The notes below the pieces were generated by a model. That model was not told the DNA's origin. It searched no databases and saw nothing but the letters and a program-made list of their open reading frames with translations. A program made the translations under genes and the position numbers. A DNA stretch of 64,000 nucleotides from assembly GCA_023409835.1 (NCBI GenBank), contig JAEYQV010000132.1, positions 8,330 to 72,329 of the forward strand, given 5' to 3'. Origin of the DNA: Bacillota bacterium. Its GTDB lineage: Bacteria > Bacillota > Clostridia > Lachnospirales > Lachnospiraceae. Below, piece after piece: positions 54,000-64,000 of the stretch. Each line of letters starts with the position of its first letter. The first letter of the stretch is position 1.

Positions 54000-54557
54000 T
54001 TATTTTATCAAATTAGAGATTTTTTTGAACACCTCAGTCTTTGCCACTCTGGTCAGCTCGAACAGAAGGGACTCATAGGTAGTGATGACCGCCCCCTCCG
54101 CCGCAGCTCTTTGAACAGCTATCCTTCGGTCATTTTCCTTCCTGGAGCTGATGCAATCCTCCACCAGAATAACGTGAAAGCCCTTTGCCAACAGGTCGAT
54201 TGCCGTCTGCAGAACACAAATATGTGCTTCGATGCCGCAGAGTACAATATTCTTCCTTCCTGTTTCCAAAACTCTCTGGAGAATTGTGTTATCCTCCGCA
54301 CAGCTGAAGGTCAGCTTGTCATAGTAGGTAAACTCTTCCCCCGCTGCTTCTGCAATCGCCGGAACCGTCATACCGATTCCCTTCGTATACTGCTGCGAGA
54401 TAACCATGGGAATCCCCAGAGCCTTTAACCCCTTCACCAGAAGCTCGCTATTTTGAAGCAGCACCTTAGAATTCCACATCACCGGAACCAGACGCTCCTG
54501 ATAATCCACAATCAATGCCATTGTATCCTCTGCTAATATTCTCATATCGTTATTCAT
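54000..54557 (-). CDS. Isochorismatase-family hydrolase
   Basis: IVDYQERL, QYTKGIG, KLTFSC, GIEAHICVLQTA. Confidence 0.9.
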   Translation of the reverse strand: MNNDMRILAEDTMALIVDYQERLVPVMWNSKVLLQNSELLVKGLKALGIPMVISQQYTKGIGMTVPAIAEAAGEEFTYYDKLTFSCAEDNTILQRVLETGRKNIVLCGIEAHICVLQTAIDLLAKGFHVILVEDCISSRKENDRRIAVQRAAAEGAVITTYESLLFELTRVAKTEVFKKISNLIK

Positions 54558-54785
54558 ATAATCCTTGCGCCATGATTGGCATTCGGATTACGTTCCTTTC
54601 TGTAATAAAATACGCTCCTATCATATAACAGCCCGTCCGGATTGTAAACACCAAAATCGTAGTGACCCCTCCGAAAGAAAACCATTTGACAACCCCTCAC
54701 GGTCATGCAATACTACAGATGTAACCATGATTACCATAAGCTGTCAAGCACAGAATTGACAAGCTCATCCTTCGGGGGGCTTTCC

Positions 54786-55904
54786 ATGTATGAAATTACT
54801 GATAAAATCCTATTATTAATCTGCAGTCTGTCCCTATATCTCTTCCATATGGGCTTAAGCTATGCAATAATCCCATTAATTCTGGCGGTGGTCTTAAGCT
54901 GCCTTTCGATTTATTATGATAACGGCAAAATCCGGCTGGCAGCCAATCTTGCTTATGCCCTGCTATGCGTTTTCCGGCCGGAATACTCAATCTATCAGCC
55001 CTTATTGCTATATGATATATTGAATACAAAATATCAATATGCAGCTGCTTTTGTTCCCCTGGTTTTCCTTGCCAATATTGACCCGTCCCGCCTCCCTTTC
55101 TTTATCTTTACGATTCTTCTGCTGGTCACAGCCTTTCTGTTGAAATATAAGACGGACCGGTTAATTATGCTGCGGGATGAATACAATGATTTAAGGGACA
55201 CCACCTCCTCCTATTCACAGCTGATGGAGGAGAAGAACCGAAGTATTCTAAAAAATCAGGACTATGAAATAAATCTCGCAACCTTAAACGAGCGTAACCG
55301 AATCTCCAGGGAGCTCCATGACAACATTGGCCACCTTCTATCCCGCTCCCTGCTGCAGGTTGGTGCCCTGCTTACCATAACCAAGGAGGAAGCTGTCAGA
55401 GAGGGACTGACAGGACTTAAAGAGTCCTTGTCCTCCGGTATGGATGACATTCGAGGCAGCATCCATAAGATGTATGAGGATTCCATCGACCTGTATACTC
55501 AGGTGGAGCAGCTGACTAAGAATTTCACATTCTGTCCGATAACATATGAATATGATGTCAAAAACGCTCCTCCTCTTGTCCTAAGGTATAGTCTGATTGC
55601 GATCATCAAGGAAGCTCTGGCAAATATCATGCGGCATTCCAATGCCACAAAGGCCAGTATTATCCTTAGGGAGCACCCCGCTATGTACCAATTAATCATC
55701 CTGGATAACGGTACGCTGGAGGAACAGAAGAAGAACCAGCTTTTGAAGGCTCTGGGGAATCAAGGCTTCGAGGAAGGAATGGGCATGCACAATATTAATG
55801 ACCGTGTGAAAAGCTCCGGCGGAAACCTGAATATCTCTCTGGACAATGGATTTAAAATATTTATTACGATTCCGAAGAATAAAATAGAAGCAGGCAAGGC
55901 CTAG
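54786..55904 (+). CDS. HisKA_3 membrane sensor kinase (LnrJ/YfiJ-like)
   Basis: Multi-TM N-terminus, ERNRISRELHDNIGH, KEALANIMRHS, DNG, GMGM. Confidence 0.9.
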   Translation: MYEITDKILLLICSLSLYLFHMGLSYAIIPLILAVVLSCLSIYYDNGKIRLAANLAYALLCVFRPEYSIYQPLLLYDILNTKYQYAAAFVPLVFLANIDPSRLPFFIFTILLLVTAFLLKYKTDRLIMLRDEYNDLRDTTSSYSQLMEEKNRSILKNQDYEINLATLNERNRISRELHDNIGHLLSRSLLQVGALLTITKEEAVREGLTGLKESLSSGMDDIRGSIHKMYEDSIDLYTQVEQLTKNFTFCPITYEYDVKNAPPLVLRYSLIAIIKEALANIMRHSNATKASIILREHPAMYQLIILDNGTLEEQKKNQLLKALGNQGFEEGMGMHNINDRVKSSGGNLNISLDNGFKIFITIPKNKIEAGKA

Positions 55905-56046
55905 CGCAGCTGAGGCGGCATGATGGCAGCTAATAGCAGTGTATTGCTCGAAATTAGTACCCGGAGATAGTGGGGAATCATCAGAATTTAGGTGAATCTG
56001 TGCTGAAGTCCAGATTCCCGATGTTGGAAATTGGGAGGTAGTGTGT

Positions 56047-56673
56047 ATGAAGTTATTATTAATTGATGATGATAAGCTGGTTTGCTCCTCACTTAACATC
56101 ATCCTCTCAGCAGATCCGGAGATTACTGTGGTAGGAATGGGCCACTCCGGCAAGGAAGGGCTCGAGCTGTACCGAAAACTCAAGCCGGATGTGCTTCTTA
56201 TGGATATTCGTATGGAGCTTATGAGCGGACTGGAGGCCGGCGAGAGGATTCTTGCCGAATTCCCCGAGGCACGTATTCTGTATCTGACCACCTTCCTCGA
56301 TGATGGTTATATCATCCGCGCTCTGCGTATCGGTGCAAAGGGCTATATGCTGAAGCAGAACTTCGACTCTATTCTTCCGGCCTTAAAGGCAGTACATATG
56401 GGGCAAAATGTTTACGGAGACGAAATCATAACAAATCTCCCCCGCCTGATCGGGAAGGCGAATGAGGACAGGGACTTAAACCGCTACGGCATAACCGAGA
56501 AGGAATATGATATCATAACAAAGATTGCAGAGGGCCTGTCCAACAAGGAGATATCCGATCTGCTGTTTCTAAGCGAAGGTACCATCCGTAATAATATCAG
56601 TACCATCCTGGAGAAGCTAAGCTTAAGGGATCGGACCCAGATTGCGATCTTCTACTATAAGAACCTCCAATGA
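56047..56673 (+). CDS. NarL/LuxR-family response regulator (LnrK/YfiK-like)
   Basis: LIDDD, LMDIRM, LTTF, GLSNKEI...SEGTIRN..S.IL.KL..RDRTQ. Confidence 0.93.
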   Translation: MKLLLIDDDKLVCSSLNIILSADPEITVVGMGHSGKEGLELYRKLKPDVLLMDIRMELMSGLEAGERILAEFPEARILYLTTFLDDGYIIRALRIGAKGYMLKQNFDSILPALKAVHMGQNVYGDEIITNLPRLIGKANEDRDLNRYGITEKEYDIITKIAEGLSNKEISDLLFLSEGTIRNNISTILEKLSLRDRTQIAIFYYKNLQ

Positions 56674-56694
56674 CAATGTTTTCCCATATATAAA

Positions 56695-56799
56695 AAAACC
56701 TCCTGGCGGGTATGTAATGGTATGCATCCTTCGATTACAGCTTTATTATCTCACTGTCTCCTTAAGGAAGCACATCACATAGACCTGTCAAGAGGTTTT
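56695..56799. terminator. Long imperfect hairpin between convergent genes
   Basis: AAAACCTC.TGGCGGGT...ACCTGTCA.GAGGTTTT with additional inner pairings. Confidence 0.55.
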
Positions 56800-56814
56800 A
56801 TCATGTATCTTATA

Positions 56815-57204
56815 TTATTCCGCTATTAGCTTATCCTTCTTAAAGATATGCTCTATAAGCCAGTTAGTCAAAAACTCAAGAAGCTCCAATAGGGATTCCT
56901 TCTGATTCTCATCAATATCCTCAGCCTTATATTCATTCAGCTTCTCGATAAAGTCCGCATGAGAAACCTTCTGTGAAAGGAGTCTCTTGTAACCGATGCT
57001 TATCATATACTCTTCTTCATGATCAAAATGATACTTGGTATAATCCTTTAACTCATTAATCACTTCTACGATATAGTCGTACTTGTCAGGTATAAACTCA
57101 TTCATTAACAGCTCATAGGCTCTGTTTGCTATATCAAACAGCTTGGAATGCTCTTGGTCAATAAAATCAATACCTGTATAATACTCTGGTTTCATTTCAT
57201 ACAT
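56815..57204 (-). CDS. Bacteriohemerythrin-like protein
   Basis: TGIDFIDQEH, YHFDHEEEYM, WLIEHIFKKD; own promoter TTGAAT-N17-TAAAAT at 57282-57254. Confidence 0.88.
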   Translation of the reverse strand: MYEMKPEYYTGIDFIDQEHSKLFDIANRAYELLMNEFIPDKYDYIVEVINELKDYTKYHFDHEEEYMISIGYKRLLSQKVSHADFIEKLNEYKAEDIDENQKESLLELLEFLTNWLIEHIFKKDKLIAE

Positions 57205-57328
57205 AATCATCCCTCCATGTCATTCTTTGTTATATTATGTCTCTATAGAAAAGATTTTAGCACATTATAAACTCTTATTCAAGGTCTGACTCTGATGCAA
57301 ATTTATGAACAAATTCAAAATCCTGTCG

Positions 57329-59578
57329 CTACCATATCTTATTCTCACCGGCTCTGGGACCATAGGTATAATTTTCATATTCCTTTATCGGTAAAGGATC
57401 AGAGAAAACAAAGCCCTGAATCATATCACAGCCCAGCTCCTGAAGCATTTTAGCCTGGGCCTTATTTTCAACGCCTTCCGAAACAACCTTTATGTCCAGA
57501 CGCTTAGCCATGTCTATAATACTTTTGATGACGTTCTTGCCGCGGTCGGTTTTCTCCGCTCCAAGCAGGAACTTCCGGTCCAGCTTCAGCTCATCCACAT
57601 GAACATTATACAGGGTATTCATGGAGGTTGTTCCGGTACCGAAGTCATCCATGGATATGAGGAAGCCATACTTCTTTAAGCGTTCCATCAGGGCAGCCAG
57701 GCGTTCCACATTATCCGATACGACTTCTTCCGCTATTTCCAGCTGAATCAGATTCGTCGGTATCCCATATTTTTCTCGAACCGCTATGATGTTATCAATG
57801 AAGTTATCGTCAAACAGATTAAGTCTCGATATATTGATGGATAACGGTAATGGACGATATCCCTTACTGATCCATTTTTTCAGCCTTTGGCATAAGGTCT
57901 CCAGAATATACATATCCAGCTTAACAATAAAACCATTCTTTTCAAAAACTCCGATAAATCTACCCGGATACATCAAGCCCTTGTCCGGATGCATCCAACG
58001 GACCAAAGCCTCTGCTCCGACCTGTGTACCGGTATGAAGGCTGTATTTTGGCTGAAGATATACCAGAAATTCCTTTTCCTCCAACGCTATGTTCATGTGA
58101 TCTTCAATTTCTTTTTCATCCACCATACGATTTTGCATGGCGCCACTGTAATACTCATAGGGCTGCTTCTTATCATTCTTGATCTGCTGCAAGGCATGGC
58201 TGGCACGACTGATCATCATTTCAACCTCTGTGTTTTTCTCTTCAATACAGTAAATACCGTAATGAAGTCTGAGCTCATACTTTTCCTTCTTCCTCTCCTT
58301 CTCATCAAAGGTGTCGATTTTCATGTCAAGGTAGTTAATCCGATTGGTCAGTTCGTCCTTGCTGTGGAAATTAAGCAGAAGAGCGAAGTTATTTGTATTA
58401 AGACGGCAGAATGCTTCATCTGATTTAATATTCTCCTTAAATATCTTAGAGATATACTTCAGTATGTTATAGCCCTCCTGTGCGCCAAAAAACTCCTGGA
58501 TATAATCAAACCGGTCAATGGCCGCTACGATAATCGCATAGTTTTCTGCGGAGTTTTTATGTAGCAATGCTATAGTCTCTACACGGAAGCGGTTAAGGTT
58601 CATACTGTCTGTTATCTCATCATGATATGCAAGCTTCTCAATACTTCGTCTTCGCAGGCTTTCCTGTATCGAAATAAAAACCAGTACAGCAGCAACCAAA
58701 TACGCAGAAGCCAATAAAACCAGCGTTGTGATTGTGTCCTCCTGCTTCTCCTGATAGAGAGAAAGCAGCTGTTTCCTGGGAAGCGTTACCATAATACCTG
58801 CACCGACAAGATTCTTTACTCCATTATAGCTTATAAAGCCCGTATTCCCGGATAGAATTGCTTCCTGCAGCATCGACTTCCCCTGCTCAATTGTCTGTGC
58901 AATCTTATTGTAGGAGACGTCATTTTCCGGGAGGAGTGATAGGAAGTCAGGCCCCTCTGTAGCTTCCTCCGAGAGCTGCATTGCAATCGTTCCATCCCTC
59001 TTAAGAAGATAAATACTCTCCCTCCCCCGGAAGGTATCCACCGATAGTACTCCCTTTAAGTAAGGCAGCTCCTTGGAAGCACGGATAACACCGGTAACAG
59101 CGCCCTCCCGACAAACCGGAACCGTGAAAAGAATTACGTCCTGATCACTGTTCTGATCAAATCCGGATATAGCAATGGAGCTGTCACCCAATAATGCACG
59201 CTGGTAATAGGAACAGAAGTCCACCTTCTGTTCCTTTCCCTCCGAACTATATCCGTTTCCCTTCGTATCACATAGAATGATGTCAGTCAGTTGCAGCTCT
59301 GACCTTATGTCATCCAGTGCAGCTGCAAGCGTTATATCCTTTTCCTTCAGATTCTCTTTTACTGCCACCAGCTGCGTTAATACCCGTAAGGCATCCATAT
59401 TACCTTCCAGCTCAAGCGTTAACCTCTGAGATAATTTCTCTGTTACATTCTGAAGCTGTGCTTCCGCATACTCCTCTTGTAAAAGGGCTTGCTGCTGGTT
59501 GGATTTGATTACAATAAGACTGACCACGCCAATCAATGTGGCACCTGCAATAATAGCAAATATGCTTCTTACTTTCAT
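57329..59578 (-). CDS. Membrane sensor (Cache-like) with degenerate GGDEF and an EAL domain
   Basis: TM-extracellular domain-TM; GGDEF site reads NTNNF; AEALVRW, MDDFGTGTTS, LKLD, SEGVE, QGF. Confidence 0.88.
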   Translation of the reverse strand: MKVRSIFAIIAGATLIGVVSLIVIKSNQQQALLQEEYAEAQLQNVTEKLSQRLTLELEGNMDALRVLTQLVAVKENLKEKDITLAAALDDIRSELQLTDIILCDTKGNGYSSEGKEQKVDFCSYYQRALLGDSSIAISGFDQNSDQDVILFTVPVCREGAVTGVIRASKELPYLKGVLSVDTFRGRESIYLLKRDGTIAMQLSEEATEGPDFLSLLPENDVSYNKIAQTIEQGKSMLQEAILSGNTGFISYNGVKNLVGAGIMVTLPRKQLLSLYQEKQEDTITTLVLLASAYLVAAVLVFISIQESLRRRSIEKLAYHDEITDSMNLNRFRVETIALLHKNSAENYAIIVAAIDRFDYIQEFFGAQEGYNILKYISKIFKENIKSDEAFCRLNTNNFALLLNFHSKDELTNRINYLDMKIDTFDEKERKKEKYELRLHYGIYCIEEKNTEVEMMISRASHALQQIKNDKKQPYEYYSGAMQNRMVDEKEIEDHMNIALEEKEFLVYLQPKYSLHTGTQVGAEALVRWMHPDKGLMYPGRFIGVFEKNGFIVKLDMYILETLCQRLKKWISKGYRPLPLSINISRLNLFDDNFIDNIIAVREKYGIPTNLIQLEIAEEVVSDNVERLAALMERLKKYGFLISMDDFGTGTTSMNTLYNVHVDELKLDRKFLLGAEKTDRGKNVIKSIIDMAKRLDIKVVSEGVENKAQAKMLQELGCDMIQGFVFSDPLPIKEYENYTYGPRAGENKIW

Positions 59579-62500
59579 TCCGCAGCCTCCCTTTGTTTCT
59601 TCAGAACCAGGTTACTAAACAACAATGCTATTCCTACAATAGCGAGTGAAATTAAAATATAACCGTATATATTACTGTCACCGGGATGCTCAATATCTGC
59701 TTTTTGCTTTGCTTTGTAATCTATCATATGTCCGGAGCGCTCTACCTTCTCATTCACTGAGGTAAGCTCCTTATCCTCGCTGACCAGTAAATCCTTTTCC
59801 TCATATAGCAGATATTTCTGGTGCCCTGTATCATATACCGCAATGTACTTCTTAGTACGTCCGGCCTCCTTCTCTGTAAACTTGTTGCCCTTAGGGACCT
59901 CAGCCTCTTCTGTCTTATCGGCTTTCCCAGCCTCTTCCTTTCCGGAAGAACCCGATTTATCTCCCTTGATTTTCTCGTCCGATTTCTCCTCTGTAAGCTG
60001 CTTATCCTTATCCGCTTCGGCTTCTCCCTGCGCTAGCTTCGTATCGCTGTTATTCTTATCCTCCGGCCGAGTATCCTGTCCGTCGCCAGCCTTTGGCTCT
60101 GTTCCCTTCTCAGAGGCTTTCATTGCAGCCTCTAATTTGCTTACAAGACGATCTATTTCTGTTTGTGATAAACCGTTATCCTTTCGTTCGTTGATCAGCT
60201 TCAGAAGCTCTGCGTATTCTGCTCCGGTCGCACCATAGGTTTCAACAACCTCAATTATCGCCAGGATGGAGGCTATATCCATCGCCATCCCCTGCTCCAA
60301 GATCTCCGTCACACTTAAGGCTTCGCTTCCCGTAAGCAGGGACTCTTCCATAGAACTCTCCGCTTGATTGACGAGGGCTGCAGCGGAAGCATCAGATACC
60401 GTACCTGTTCCGGCCGGAGTACCCTGAGCCGCATTATTTGCTACTATAGTACCGTCATCCAGTACAAAGGTACTTTCCACATATACCGGAACTGTTCCGG
60501 CTTCAGGGACAAGCGCAGTCTCTTCTGCAGAAACCGCCTCACCTCCTACCAGGTTGACCCCGCTGACCTCCTCCCATCCGATATCTATGAGGTTCGTTTT
60601 AAAGTCCATCGCTTCGACATACAGCGTTGCAAAATTGGTCATGGAGATATTGGAGGATCTCTGTTTACTGCCGGCTATATCCTGCAGGGTTGTCGTCGTG
60701 CCTCTGATACTGTCAATCGGCAGCAGCTCACCGGTAATATAATTAAAGCCTGCTACCGCTCCGTCATAATAACGTACCAGCAGAATATGATTCGTACTAT
60801 TCATATTGTGTGTCATATACTGGATATCCTGGTTATCAAATTCCTCCGGGATATTCAGCATACTGTCTGTCATATCGGTTATGGTTCCGTCAGCGGATAG
60901 AACAGAACAATACTTGCTTCCGTTATAATTCTCGAGAATCAGACTGTCCGGTATCATGGACAGAGTTGATGATACCACGGATAGCTCCCCGTTCTTAACA
61001 TACATACGGAACTTATCACGATATACACCGTTCACTAAGGAATATCCCTGAAAGGTCTGTATCCGGTAGCCGTCATATTCAAAGTGATATAACGGTACGG
61101 TTTCCTTTACCAGCTCAATCTGATGAATTGTTCTGATCTGTTCTCCTGTTTCAACATCAATAACAGTTCCATAGACATCAATTCCATGTCCTGCATACAG
61201 ATTCAGGTATTGTCCTGTGATCGGCTGACTGCTGCCTTCTATTGTATTAGCCGTCAGATAATAATAATCGGTATTCCAGGTCATCACATTGCGGCTGATA
61301 TCCTCCGGCCATAAGCTATAGCTTAGCTCTTCCATGCCCTCCGTAATCACAATCGTAAGCTCTGTCTTATAATCATATTGGATTGTGAAGGTTCTCCGAT
61401 CCACCGGGTGCGAAACTACCTCCACATCATTGGCAAATATCTTAAACTCTGCTTCCGGATTAACCTCAGTAAATTCTAAGTTAAACTGATCCGCATCGAC
61501 TGCATAGAATTCTACTCTGGGCAAGGCCTCGGAAACAGGGCTAAACATTGACCGTTTCTTTACTACCGAAGCCCCACTCCCGGGAATCGGTATTCCTCCG
61601 TCATAGGTTTCAAATTTATATACATACAGCCCCTCCGAATCCAGAAGTGCACGCCCGTCCCCGCCATTAGCCATATAACCCTCCTGGTAGGGAAGAATTC
61701 TTATGGCGCTGTCAATATCATAGCTATTTGTTGGCACTCCGGTCAGGTATGGCATATAACCGCGGACCAGTCCGTTATAGTTAAAATACCGGGTCTTATA
61801 ATTGGAGGCTGTTGTTCCTGCATCCGTATTCCAACCCAGCTGATCTGTATAGGTTGATCTTAGCTTTAGCTCCGCTGTCGTAGTCAGACTGATATCGTCC
61901 TTCAGTAAGAGGGTCGGATTGGCCTGATAATAGTTCGTTGCTTTCTGATATCCGCTGCCGAAGGTAATGGTAGCATCCTCATAGACCAGACAGTCAGTAA
62001 GTGCTCTGGCATCCCCGGTGTTTTTATTCATAAAGAAGCCGGCACGGCCATTTTGTGTAGTAGCTACAACATTACCTCCAACCAATAGCCCTTGATTCAC
62101 ATTATACAAGTCCTGCTTCATCCTGCCGACAATTCCGCCGACGTAATCCGGTGCCGTTACCGTTCCCAGATAATACAGATTAATAAAATATGGCGTTTCA
62201 CTGACACTATAAAGATTGGTGGCCTCAACACTACCGGCAATTCCCCCGGCATTAGCCCTGGTGGCTGTTACATTACTATTGCTGTAACAGCTCTCAATAT
62301 AAGCTCTCCAATGATCTCCTACAATTCCTCCGACATTCTCTGCTCCGTAGATTTCACAGTTCTGTGTCCCCGAAGCGATTAAGCGGTAGGAACCGGTATT
62401 ATAGGAAGAAAGCTCCGTTCTTGCAACGAGTCCACCAACCGCAACCGCTCCAAAGGAGCCAATCCGACTGTTAACCACCAGAGAATTCGCGATAGAGATT

Positions 62501-64000
62501 GTTCTTCCGCTGATTCCCCCAATTCTGGTATTGTTATTACCCGTAAAGCTCGCCACCGACCATGACGAATTCCTTTGCGAGGTTGTCAAATATCTCAAGG
62601 CCCCAACCGCTTCCATATATACAGTCAGTTTTCCCTGATCGGAGGTCTTTGTGAGGAGCTCCTGATAATAAGCAATCCTATCGTTGACATTCCTTTGGAA
62701 AACCTGGTTACCTGTATCCAGCGTCATTCTGTCATATACACTGCCAATGGTGGAATCTGTTACATACCCATAATAACAGGAGCCATTGCCGGTGAGACCC
62801 CCGATATAATACAAACCATATACATAGGCATTCCGTACCTCTGCCCTTTGAACAACACCCTGGCCTGCAATTCCTCCGACATAAGCACCGGTGCCGGTGA
62901 CAAATACCTGATGAGCAAGAGTCTTGTACTTGTCATTATCCTGACTCGACAAGGAGCTATCCCCCTGGGTACTACCCAGACCTACTACCCCACCGGTATA
63001 GGAATTACCGACTACCACAGCATTTTTGATGCTGCAGTTACCAAAGACATTGCTTAGAGAGGTCGCATTTGCGGAACCGATGATACCTCCCACATAGCTA
63101 TAGGAGCCGTTCGTAGAATAGACTACCGCATGATTCACATTAATATTCCATAGGTATCTTCCTTCCTCCTGGATACCGATGATACCTCCGGTATATTCTC
63201 TTCCCTGAACGACGATCTCCTCTGCCCTCGTATCATAAACGCCCCCGGAGCCGGAGAGTCTTCCGATTAGTCCTCCGACCGCCCTCTTCGCCGGTACGGT
63301 CCCGTAGGTTCCATATACCGTAATATTGGACAGCTCTATTTGATAATTCATACCATAGGATAAACCGACAATGCCGACGTAGGCACTGTTATAGGCCTTT
63401 ACCTCTGTATTGGTAAAGCTTACATGGTGGATATCACCTGTTACAGCCTCTAGCAGACCAAAACCGTTCACAGAATCAGAATAACCGGCGGAAGGCTTGT
63501 TATAGCTGATATCCTCAAAATCCAGATAGCTGATATTGCCATAGGCCGCCTTGACCAGAGCTTCACTGTTGTTCATGTCTATGCCCTTGATCTTGAAATA
63601 GTGATCCTGTTCCAGGTTTGCACCCATCAAATGGTTTACGATGAGGCCTGTAGCCGCTTGACCCTTATAGACCTCGGAAAAATCGATATCTCCCGTAATC
63701 TGAATGTTAAAGCGCTTCCGTCCGAAGTTCTCCTTAGACAGCAGGGTATTCCATTCATCAGCTGAACTGATCTTAAAATATTGCGGTAGTATACCAACAC
63801 TATAATAGGACTCCTGCATCTTTGGATCCGGTGCTGCACCAAGGGTATAGCTCAATCCCGTCAGATAATATGCATCATAATACCCTTCGATCTCCAAAAT
63901 ATATTTCAGTATGGTTCCTGTCTGTGTTCTCGTAATCGTGACAGCCTCCTCAGGGTCGGCAAGGGCAGCAGCCATTAAACCGTTGAATACTGCTCCGGTT
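59575..64000 (-). CDS. Giant cell-surface protein/adhesin-like (partial; 5' end beyond window)
   Basis: The frame stays open from 63975 to the window edge. Many (Y/V)GG(I/L)xG GLUG-like repeats, a charged linker, and a C-terminal TM with a KKQR tail. Stop overlaps the next start (ATGA). Confidence 0.82.
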   Translation of the reverse strand, partial: TGAVFNGLMAAALADPEEAVTITRTQTGTILKYILEIEGYYDAYYLTGLSYTLGAAPDPKMQESYYSVGILPQYFKISSADEWNTLLSKENFGRKRFNIQITGDIDFSEVYKGQAATGLIVNHLMGANLEQDHYFKIKGIDMNNSEALVKAAYGNISYLDFEDISYNKPSAGYSDSVNGFGLLEAVTGDIHHVSFTNTEVKAYNSAYVGIVGLSYGMNYQIELSNITVYGTYGTVPAKRAVGGLIGRLSGSGGVYDTRAEEIVVQGREYTGGIIGIQEEGRYLWNINVNHAVVYSTNGSYSYVGGIIGSANATSLSNVFGNCSIKNAVVVGNSYTGGVVGLGSTQGDSSLSSQDNDKYKTLAHQVFVTGTGAYVGGIAGQGVVQRAEVRNAYVYGLYYIGGLTGNGSCYYGYVTDSTIGSVYDRMTLDTGNQVFQRNVNDRIAYYQELLTKTSDQGKLTVYMEAVGALRYLTTSQRNSSWSVASFTGNNNTRIGGISGRTISIANSLVVNSRIGSFGAVAVGGLVARTELSSYNTGSYRLIASGTQNCEIYGAENVGGIVGDHWRAYIESCYSNSNVTATRANAGGIAGSVEATNLYSVSETPYFINLYYLGTVTAPDYVGGIVGRMKQDLYNVNQGLLVGGNVVATTQNGRAGFFMNKNTGDARALTDCLVYEDATITFGSGYQKATNYYQANPTLLLKDDISLTTTAELKLRSTYTDQLGWNTDAGTTASNYKTRYFNYNGLVRGYMPYLTGVPTNSYDIDSAIRILPYQEGYMANGGDGRALLDSEGLYVYKFETYDGGIPIPGSGASVVKKRSMFSPVSEALPRVEFYAVDADQFNLEFTEVNPEAEFKIFANDVEVVSHPVDRRTFTIQYDYKTELTIVITEGMEELSYSLWPEDISRNVMTWNTDYYYLTANTIEGSSQPITGQYLNLYAGHGIDVYGTVIDVETGEQIRTIHQIELVKETVPLYHFEYDGYRIQTFQGYSLVNGVYRDKFRMYVKNGELSVVSSTLSMIPDSLILENYNGSKYCSVLSADGTITDMTDSMLNIPEEFDNQDIQYMTHNMNSTNHILLVRYYDGAVAGFNYITGELLPIDSIRGTTTTLQDIAGSKQRSSNISMTNFATLYVEAMDFKTNLIDIGWEEVSGVNLVGGEAVSAEETALVPEAGTVPVYVESTFVLDDGTIVANNAAQGTPAGTGTVSDASAAALVNQAESSMEESLLTGSEALSVTEILEQGMAMDIASILAIIEVVETYGATGAEYAELLKLINERKDNGLSQTEIDRLVSKLEAAMKASEKGTEPKAGDGQDTRPEDKNNSDTKLAQGEAEADKDKQLTEEKSDEKIKGDKSGSSGKEEAGKADKTEEAEVPKGNKFTEKEAGRTKKYIAVYDTGHQKYLLYEEKDLLVSEDKELTSVNEKVERSGHMIDYKAKQKADIEHPGDSNIYGYILISLAIVGIALLFSNLVLKKQREAAE

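Noticed and set aside
59575..59700. Sortase LPXTG anchor on the giant protein
   Set aside because: Only HPGDS precedes the TM helix, which is not a supportable sortase motif.

Overview
Mostly core chromosome of an anaerobic, spore-forming Clostridia/Lachnospiraceae-like Firmicute (inferred from gene content, GGAGG-type RBSs, sigma-A and sigma-G-like promoters, and spoVB). From left to right it contains: the AT-rich 5' part of a type I R-M methyltransferase (hsdM, runs off the left edge); a copper locus (HMA-DsbD/TauE-cupredoxin protein, DUF2318-like protein, copA, uncharacterised lipoprotein, copZ, OmpR/BaeS-type two-component system); gdhA; rqcH/NFACT; a PHP phosphatase; an Rrf2-iscS-iscU-mnmA operon; spoVB; a diguanylate cyclase; metA; ligA; a pseudouridine synthase; tRNA-Arg(CCG); nifJ; nfnAB; HD, CYTH, HAD-GNAT and Fur genes; the TIGR03916/TIGR03915-type radical-SAM DNA-repair pair; an EAL/beta-helix fusion; a GH43 xylosidase; an LnrJK/LMN-like ABC exporter plus two-component system; hemerythrin; and a giant surface protein (runs off the right edge) translationally coupled to a GGDEF-EAL protein. 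No CRISPR array, integrase, transposase or rRNA was seen. The best leads are: (1) twin identical LexA boxes and a QLSLF clamp motif on the radical-SAM pair; (2) a copper locus apparently wired to both CsoR and its own two-component system; (3) the surface protein/c-di-GMP module; (4) a four-copy ~36 bp dispersed palindromic element; (5) unannotated small ORFs and other genes behind sigma-G-like promoters. All family assignments come from motif recognition by eye; no database search was run.
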